Positions 57,644 through 64,000 of a stretch of DNA of 64,000 nucleotides are shown here, in pieces. The DNA is from a virus (taxonomy: Duplodnaviria; Caudoviricetes). How positions within the stretch are numbered: the first letter of the stretch is position 1; each line of letters begins with the position of its first letter. The notes beneath the pieces are model-generated. The model saw only the letters and a program-made list of their open reading frames with translations, ran no database searches and was not told the origin of the DNA. The DNA is taken from IMG/VR virus record IMGVR_UViG_2802429331_000008. The stretch is one strand, 5' to 3'. The translations under genes and the position numbers were made by a program.

Positions 57644-58569
57644 CAGGTGGCTCCGGTGGCGGTGGCCTGGTGGGAGAGTTGGATTTGGGTGCTACGCGGT
57701 GGGGGAGCAAACCAGGACGGGGCATCGGGCTGGGCGAGCAGGACTCGCTGCTGTGGATGGGACAGCAGGTATCGCAGCAGGGCCAGCAACGTGTTCGACT
57801 CGCATCGCATCAGGTAGACCGGGACCGAGACGCGCTCGGTGGTGTCCCACAGCTTGTGCTGCACCGGCTCCCGAGTGTCCTTCAGCTGCATCCCGATGAC
57901 GGCGTAGCCGCCGGTCTGCGCGGCACCCTGTACCTTGTCGGGTGCGATCGCGGCCATCTCGTCCCACGCGACGAACTGTTGCTTGCTGCGTCCGAGCAAG
58001 GGAAACCGCATGATCCGGCGGACCCCGTCGGGGTAGAGCTCGACGGTCACGGTGAAGTAGGCGATCAGGAAGATCAGGAAGAACACCGCGAGCAGCACGC
58101 CGATGACGAGCGCGAACGTCGCTCCGGCGGAGTTGTTCTTCGACAGCGGCAGCAGATCCGACCCGGACCCGGTCTTCCAATCCAGCCATGCCGCGATGCC
58201 GTAGCCAGCGCCGCCGCCGAGGATGAACAACAGCGGCAACGTGATCCGGCTGGCCCGCAACTCGACACCGCCGCCGTGGACATCGTCCACCGTGTGGCGC
58301 ACGCCGGGCAGCCAGGTGTCGAGCAGCCCCGACATGCTCAGAATGGCCACGACAGCACCCGCGACCAGGACGACCGCCGCGACCGAACCGATCACCGTCA
58401 CCGGGGTGGCGGTGTCGGCGACCGATACTGCCCATGCCACACCGATGACCGCCAACCCGGCCGCAACTATGGCGGGGACGATGCGCCCCGCCGCTGAGCC
58501 GCTGACCGGCCAGTGAGGAACCCACTCGACCGGGGGAAACGGTTGGTGTGGCTGTGGTGGGGTCACCAT
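57643..58569 (-). CDS. four-TM membrane protein, immunity candidate
   Basis: Four hydrophobic segments, VELYPDGV..VAWDE PH-like tail. Confidence 0.65.
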   Translation of the reverse strand: MVTPPQPHQPFPPVEWVPHWPVSGSAAGRIVPAIVAAGLAVIGVAWAVSVADTATPVTVIGSVAAVVLVAGAVVAILSMSGLLDTWLPGVRHTVDDVHGGGVELRASRITLPLLFILGGGAGYGIAAWLDWKTGSGSDLLPLSKNNSAGATFALVIGVLLAVFFLIFLIAYFTVTVELYPDGVRRIMRFPLLGRSKQQFVAWDEMAAIAPDKVQGAAQTGGYAVIGMQLKDTREPVQHKLWDTTERVSVPVYLMRCESNTLLALLRYLLSHPQQRVLLAQPDAPSWFAPPPRSTQIQLSHQATATGAT

Positions 58570-59627
58570 TCCCAGACTTTCTGAATGATCTTGGGTGTGA
58601 AGTAGGCGGTCAGTGCGCCGACTCCGGCGCCGACGACGAACCCGACCGCGGTTCCGACACCGGGGACAGCTGAGCCTGCTGCGGCACCGACGAGGGCGTC
58701 GGTCCCCGCGGCGGCGAGTGCTGTGGCCGCGGTGCCGGTGGCCATTCCCGCTGCGGTGCCGCCGCTTTCACTGACCACGGCCTCGGTGGGATTCATGCCG
58801 CCGTGGATGTCATCGGCGATGGCGGGGACCGTGCCGATCGCGTTGCCGATAATGCCGAACCGGCTCAGCCCGGAGGTGAGGCCCGAGGTCCAATGCCCGT
58901 CCTTGCCGTACTGTCCCCAGTTCTCCACCCACTTCAGCACTCCGGCATCACCTGCGTCCTTGGCCGCGCCTTCCAACCCCATGCGGGTGCCTTCAGTCAT
59001 CGCTCCGGCGATCGTGGATGCGGTTGCGGCGGGGATGTCGGGTGCCCAGAACGAGGCGGGATTCGTCGCGATGGCATCGGAGACCGCTTTCGGGTCTTCC
59101 TTCTTGATCCGGGTGATCGCACCGGCTTCCAGCGCCAGCGCGGCCGCCGGTGCCATCCGGTCGATTTCGGTGTTGGCGTCGGCGATCTTCTGCCCCCACT
59201 TCGCGTCCGCGGCGAGCAGGGTCGTCGCCAGGCCGGGCAGGCGGGCCAGCTGGACTCCGGCATCGGAGTCGGGGTCGGCGATGTTGTGCACGCTCCAGTC
59301 GTCGCCGACGGTCACCGGTGGCTTCACATAGTTCTGGAAGATCGTCTTGATCTCCGAGAGCGGGTGGTCCATCTCGTTGTGCGCGCCGGTGCAGGCGTCG
59401 GCGAGATCGTCGTAGGCGGTGGCGACCGCCCGCATCTCGGTCTGTTCCTTATCGGCTTTGCCCTGCGCGGCGTCTTTGGCCTGTCCGGTCCAGGTGAACC
59501 CGTCGTGGATCGTGGTTTGCATGGTCGCGGCGGCCTTGACGATCGCGTCGGCGAGACCGGACGCGTTTGCCGCGACCGTCGTCAGACCCGAAAGATCCCA
59601 GGCCAGTACTTCTTTCGGCGTGGACAT
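58563..59627 (-). CDS. WXG100-like secreted effector with C-terminal glycine zipper
   Basis: WTGQAKDAA; GAAAGSAVPGVGTAVGFVVGAGVG. Confidence 0.75.
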   Translation of the reverse strand: MSTPKEVLAWDLSGLTTVAANASGLADAIVKAAATMQTTIHDGFTWTGQAKDAAQGKADKEQTEMRAVATAYDDLADACTGAHNEMDHPLSEIKTIFQNYVKPPVTVGDDWSVHNIADPDSDAGVQLARLPGLATTLLAADAKWGQKIADANTEIDRMAPAAALALEAGAITRIKKEDPKAVSDAIATNPASFWAPDIPAATASTIAGAMTEGTRMGLEGAAKDAGDAGVLKWVENWGQYGKDGHWTSGLTSGLSRFGIIGNAIGTVPAIADDIHGGMNPTEAVVSESGGTAAGMATGTAATALAAAGTDALVGAAAGSAVPGVGTAVGFVVGAGVGALTAYFTPKIIQKVWEW

Positions 59628-59633
59628 ACCCGT

Positions 59634-60002
59634 CTACTTCCCGGTGTTGTGGCCGGTCGGTCGCGCCGGTGGCATCGGCTTGGGAGCGGGCTTGTGCGGG
59701 TCTCCGTTATTGAGATCCCCCACCGTGACCAGCCGCTGCGCCGCATCTTCATCACTGCCGTGGAACGTATTCGCCGACTGGGCAAGCAGCGCAGCGAATT
59801 CGTTGAATCGTGCCTTCAGCACATCCTTCGCTGTTGTCGTCACCGAATCGGAACCACCGAGATGTGTCCCGACGATCGAGCCTTTCAATGCCTTCGACAC
59901 CGGATCGGCTCCCAAATTCGGTGCCTTATCGATATCTTGCGGAAGCAACGCCAGCACCGCAGCCGCTTCACGCAGACTGTCGGGATTCACCTCGAGCGGC
60001 AT
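59634..60002 (-). CDS. small type VII secretion partner protein
   Basis: LEVNPDSLREAA N-terminus, ANTFHGSDE (YxxxD/E-like signal). Confidence 0.7.
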   Translation of the reverse strand: MPLEVNPDSLREAAAVLALLPQDIDKAPNLGADPVSKALKGSIVGTHLGGSDSVTTTAKDVLKARFNEFAALLAQSANTFHGSDEDAAQRLVTVGDLNNGDPHKPAPKPMPPARPTGHNTGK

Positions 60003-60451
60003 GACCGCGATCCCCCTTCTGTCGTCTTCACCGACCGTACGGCACCGCGAGCCACCGCTCCGCGACACCGACTGGCCCGCACGAGAGCTGTCCAAGCCAC
60101 CGCAGCATAGCCCACCCACACCTATGATCACGGGCCCTCGCACGTCCTTAACAGGCAACGGAAAGAAAGGCGATCGACCCGCCAGCGAGGCAGCACTCGG
60201 CACGTCGTGACCGGACGTCCGCCGCCGGACACTGCGGGGCGCACGGTACGACGAGACGCTCGACGCGGTACCTGGGTCTGGGACCGAGTTCGCCAAGGTC
60301 GGTCTGGGAGAACAGATGCCGCCCGCGGCGACGTGGACCGTCTCGGTTGTCGTGCCCGGGTGCTCGACAGCGTTGGCTGCTTCCAACGAACCATCGCTCT
60401 GACCTGCGGGTGGTAGCCTCCTTGCCAGGACATAATCACAAGGGGGCAGCA

Positions 60452-60853
60452 GTGGTACAGACGGTGAATATCGACTACGGCCAAGCCGAGATCGCTGCCT
60501 TCAAGGCCGGTGCGCAGAGCGGGAAGATCACGTTCGACCCCCACGTTGTCGACGAGTTGGTCGGGCTGTATGACCACCTCATCGACAGCTTGAAAGAGGA
60601 ACTCACGCGTATCCAGTCTGTCCTGAGCGTGACCGGCTTCGGAGGCTTCCCGTCGACACAGCAACTCGCCGCCGGATTCAATCGCAAAGCGCATGAATAT
60701 GCCTCCACGTTGACCCAATTCATCGAGGGCGCGATCAGGATGCAAGAAGCCTTCTTGATCTCGGGTGGAAAGTTCAAGGACGCCGAGGCCAAGAACGCGC
60801 AAGCAATCCAATACGCTGGACAGGCCACCGGAACGGAGAAGTCCTCATCGTGA
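60452..60853 (+). CDS. PE-like type VII secretion protein
   Basis: GFGGFPSTQQLAAGFNRKA, FKDAE signal. Confidence 0.7.
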   Translation: MVQTVNIDYGQAEIAAFKAGAQSGKITFDPHVVDELVGLYDHLIDSLKEELTRIQSVLSVTGFGGFPSTQQLAAGFNRKAHEYASTLTQFIEGAIRMQEAFLISGGKFKDAEAKNAQAIQYAGQATGTEKSSS

Positions 60854-61455
60854 GAACCGCGTTGACGATCGTGCTCGCTGGCGTGAGCGCTCTCGCGTTG
60901 ACCGCCTGCGGATCCAGTACACCGGCGACAGAGGCCACGACAGCACCGGCAACGAGCACGCCGCCGAGTATCGCCGTTTCGGTCCCGGCGCCGCCTGCTC
61001 AGAAAAACAGAACCGGTCGCCCCGCAGTCACGTTCGACCCGTGCACGGGAATCGGGGATGCCGAGATCCAGAAGCTGGGCTTCGATCCCTCGACCCGGAA
61101 GCGCGACGATCTCGCCGCCGACACCTACACCTTCCTGGGCTGCAACTTCGGCCAGAAGAACGCAGAGGGCTGGAACACGAGAACGCTGGAAATCAAGGCA
61201 AGCAACCTCACCCTCCAGGACTTTCGCACCCGCCCGACCGAGTCGCTGACCAATACGACGATCGCCGGTCGCGACGCGGTCACCTATCTCCTCGCGGGGT
61301 CGGCCGTGTCCGGCACCTGCTTCCTGGCCATGGACTCCCCGGTCGGCGTGATCAACCTCCAGCTCGACCTGAACTTGGCCCGTGTTGTAGGCAAACCCTG
61401 CGACGAGATACCGGCTCTTGCAACAACCCTTCAGCAGGACCTTCCGAAGCAATAG
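60850..61455 (+). CDS. DUF3558-like lipoprotein
   Basis: Lipobox LTA-C, FDPC, IAGRDA, conserved Cys spacing. Confidence 0.8.
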   Translation: MRTALTIVLAGVSALALTACGSSTPATEATTAPATSTPPSIAVSVPAPPAQKNRTGRPAVTFDPCTGIGDAEIQKLGFDPSTRKRDDLAADTYTFLGCNFGQKNAEGWNTRTLEIKASNLTLQDFRTRPTESLTNTTIAGRDAVTYLLAGSAVSGTCFLAMDSPVGVINLQLDLNLARVVGKPCDEIPALATTLQQDLPKQ

Positions 61456-61473
61456 AACACAGGGGGCGCACCG

Positions 61474-62943
61474 ATGACCGATCCGGGCTCACAGAATCCG
61501 CCCGTCGGGAACGTGTTGTTCAGCGGTGTCGTCGACGCGGTCCGGCAGAAAGCGGTGACGTCCCAGGACAACGTCCGCAAGCAGGACCAGGAACTCGGAC
61601 GCGCCGACGTCGACGCCCCCTATGTGAACGCTCCGGAACCTCCACCGGAGACCATGACCCACCAACAGATCTACCAGGCGGCCAGCAGCATCGATAAGTC
61701 TGCTCTGTGGGATCTGGTGACCAACTGGGCCAAGACGTCGACCACCATGGCGAGTATCTTCCAGCTGCATCGCATGGGTGTTGGCCGTGTGCTGGAAGGC
61801 CGGTGGGAAGGTGCGTCGGGGGAAGCCGCGCACCTGGCGGCGATGAAGCTCGCTGACGCGGGCGAGCGCATGGGCCATGTCGCCGAATCGGTCGGCTTTC
61901 GCCTGGACTCGATGTACAACGCGGCCACCGCGTTCGCCGCCGCCGTGCCACCGCCGCCCGCCCCGAGCGCCCCCAATCCCGACAACCCCGCCGAGTCGGT
62001 GCTGCCGAACCTCACCAGCGGGGCCAAGGACCGTGCCGACAACGACGCCGCGACCGCCGCCCGCAAGATAGCCATCGACGCGGTCAATCGGATCTACCTG
62101 CCGCTGTGCCCACCCGCCGGGAACAACGTCCCGACCTTCACACCCCCACCCACCATCGGCGGCGGAGACGGCGGCACCACCGGCGGTGGAACCGCAACCC
62201 CGCCAGGCGGTTCCGGTGTGGGCGCGGGCACTGGCGGGAGTTCGTCTTCGGGAGATTCAGCGCAGCCGAGCCACCAGGATGCTCAGCAGGAGCAGCAGAC
62301 GGCTCCGGCCGGTTCCGATCCCGCAGCCACGGCCCCGGCTGCTACCGGTGGGAACGGGCCAGCTGCGCCGCAGAGCGGATCCGGTCCGGCTGGGTCGGGG
62401 CAACCGGGGATGGGTGGTGCGGCGACGACTCCTGCGGGTGTCAGCGCGACCGGGCTGGGTGGCCCAGCGGGTGTCGGTTATGGCGTCGGTGGCGGTTACC
62501 CGAGCATAGGTGGCCGTGGAACGTACGGGCCGGGCTCGGGGACAAGCGGGCCGGGAACATCGAGGCCGGGTATGCCGGAGCCAGGAGTCTCAGGGGGGCA
62601 AGGTGTTACGGCGGCGGCGCGTGCTGCGGGGGTGGGGCCTGCCGGGTCGACGGGCTCGATGCCGCCCGGCGCGCACGGCAAACGCAAGGACGAAGACATC
62701 GACCGGACCAAGCCCCTTCCCGACTACCTGAAACGGGTGCAGCCCGAACTGGCCGACCTACCTCCGGCGCCGACCGGGGCGATCGGCGGCGACTACGCCA
62801 CCTGGCAGTCCCCGGATTCGGCCTCCCCGCCGCAGCAAACTACCCCCGCCGCAACCGATCCCAAGCCCAGCACCGGTGTGCCGGTCAGATACGACGATCC
62901 CACTCCAGATTCAGTGCACCCTCCGCAGGAGACGGGGCGCTGA
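61474..62943 (+). CDS. PPE-like protein
   Basis: MTHQQIY, WEGASGEAA (WxG), Gly/Pro-rich tail, PDYL..P.GAIG. Confidence 0.75.
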   Translation: MTDPGSQNPPVGNVLFSGVVDAVRQKAVTSQDNVRKQDQELGRADVDAPYVNAPEPPPETMTHQQIYQAASSIDKSALWDLVTNWAKTSTTMASIFQLHRMGVGRVLEGRWEGASGEAAHLAAMKLADAGERMGHVAESVGFRLDSMYNAATAFAAAVPPPPAPSAPNPDNPAESVLPNLTSGAKDRADNDAATAARKIAIDAVNRIYLPLCPPAGNNVPTFTPPPTIGGGDGGTTGGGTATPPGGSGVGAGTGGSSSSGDSAQPSHQDAQQEQQTAPAGSDPAATAPAATGGNGPAAPQSGSGPAGSGQPGMGGAATTPAGVSATGLGGPAGVGYGVGGGYPSIGGRGTYGPGSGTSGPGTSRPGMPEPGVSGGQGVTAAARAAGVGPAGSTGSMPPGAHGKRKDEDIDRTKPLPDYLKRVQPELADLPPAPTGAIGGDYATWQSPDSASPPQQTTPAATDPKPSTGVPVRYDDPTPDSVHPPQETGR

Positions 62944-63708
62944 GTGCGGACGCAGACCGTATGGGACTTTACCCCGGACGAATTCGCGTGGGTATGGGCG
63001 GAGACTGGGTTAGCAGGGGAGTACCCATATCCGATCAGCCTCATCGAAACACCCGCTCCCCCTGACGAATACGCACATCGTCGAGCGGAGATCAGTGCCC
63101 GGTACCCGCATCGCAGCGACCCGGATCTGACCTGGCCGCTGCGTGCGCTGGCGAATCCGGATCTGCGCCTGACCTGCACCGGCAAATTCCACGACTCCCC
63201 GAAGCGGGTGCGGTCGCTGGCCGCCGCACACGCCGACCTCGGCGTGATTCTGTTTCAAAAGTCTGGTCCCACACCAGAGTTCGGCGGTGATATTAAGCTC
63301 GTGGTGACTCATCGTCAGCATCTCGGCAGGCATCTGGCCGCGACGATGCCGTCCGCCACGCCCGGAGCTGCCGGGCAGATGATCGGCTACACCCCGCGCG
63401 TGCGCGGCCACCAGCCGCCCTCGTCGTGGCGAACAGGAGACGACGGTCGCCAGCCCGTCGAGGAACGCATCCGACTGCTGTTACGTGCCCCACGAACCGC
63501 GGAAGGGCACCTGTGCATCGAGCGCTATCTGCACGACCGCAACCCGGCGCCCCAGGTCTATCTGAACTGGATCGACATCCGCCAGGGCCACTCCGCGGCC
63601 GGCCGGTACCTGATCGCGGTGGACGACAATGACACCTTCGTCACCCCGGCCTCCGAAGAGACGATCGCATCGGGGCTGCATCAGCAGGCAAAACTGCATC
63701 AGCTCTGA
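62944..63708 (+). CDS. EspG-family ESX chaperone
   Basis: WDFTPDEF..W, YPYPI, LANPD, WID..GRY. Confidence 0.8.
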   Translation: MRTQTVWDFTPDEFAWVWAETGLAGEYPYPISLIETPAPPDEYAHRRAEISARYPHRSDPDLTWPLRALANPDLRLTCTGKFHDSPKRVRSLAAAHADLGVILFQKSGPTPEFGGDIKLVVTHRQHLGRHLAATMPSATPGAAGQMIGYTPRVRGHQPPSSWRTGDDGRQPVEERIRLLLRAPRTAEGHLCIERYLHDRNPAPQVYLNWIDIRQGHSAAGRYLIAVDDNDTFVTPASEETIASGLHQQAKLHQL

Positions 63709-63757
63709 AACCTCGACGACCGCAACGATTTCCGAACGATAGGGCTTTGCTGCCCCG

Positions 63758-64000
63758 TTACCGCAGACAGTCGGGTAGGTCGTCGACCCAGACGGGGTCG
63801 GCGGTCGGGTCGTCGGTGGCGCGTTGCCACAGCAGCGTGTGCGGTGGGCACGAGTCGGGATGCAACCGGTACCCGGCGCGCTCGGCGGCAGCGACCATCT
63901 TGGCCACCCACTCGGTGATCTGTGGATCGTCCACTGGTGGACCGTCGACGCTACGGTCCGCGCTCTGTTCGGGTTCGTTGTCGTGATGGTCGGATTCCAT
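63758..64000 (-). CDS. hypothetical protein (may start outside window)
   Basis: 80-aa ORF at window edge. Confidence 0.35.
   Translation of the reverse strand: MESDHHDNEPEQSADRSVDGPPVDDPQITEWVAKMVAAAERAGYRLHPDSCPPHTLLWQRATDDPTADPVWVDDLPDCLR

Larger units (their letters stand above)
319..64000. mobile_element. temperate siphovirus-type prophage; right boundary not seen (phage-like genes to at least 56480)
   Basis: Integrase next to tRNA, immunity switch, replication, terminase, portal, capsid, tail and lysis genes; no second copy of the tRNA 3' end found. Confidence 0.85.

Overview
GC-rich actinomycete (Nocardia-like, inferred) DNA. It starts with a short host segment (DLW-39-type small ORF, tRNA-Ala(TGC)), followed by a siphovirus-type prophage integrated at the tRNA 3' end. 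The prophage carries a tyrosine integrase, a repressor/cro switch and early genes (RusA, AAA ATPase, HicA-like protein, replication initiator with iterons), with one IS630 copy inside a small gene. A complete minus-strand late module runs from 49.4 to 19.1 kb (terminase, portal, capsid, tail, lysis). A further plus-strand gene arm follows at 50-56.5 kb, then a divergent type VII secretion (WXG100/PE/PPE/EspG-like) cassette at 56.6-63.7 kb. I found no attR, so the element probably extends past the window. Best candidate for an undescribed system: a three-gene cassette heading the packaging operon (PP-loop/PAPS-reductase-fold enzyme, an unknown protein and an unannotated 40-aa Arg/Gly peptide), directly downstream of a ~370-bp island that has no CpG at all. 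Other notable signals: an ACAACTGAATA motif before eight late genes, a repeated early leader motif, two different small-terminase candidates, VIT1/DUF1003 cargo between terminase and portal, and a tail chaperone frameshift product that runs in frame into an extra gene. All product calls come from motif recognition by eye; no database searches were run.
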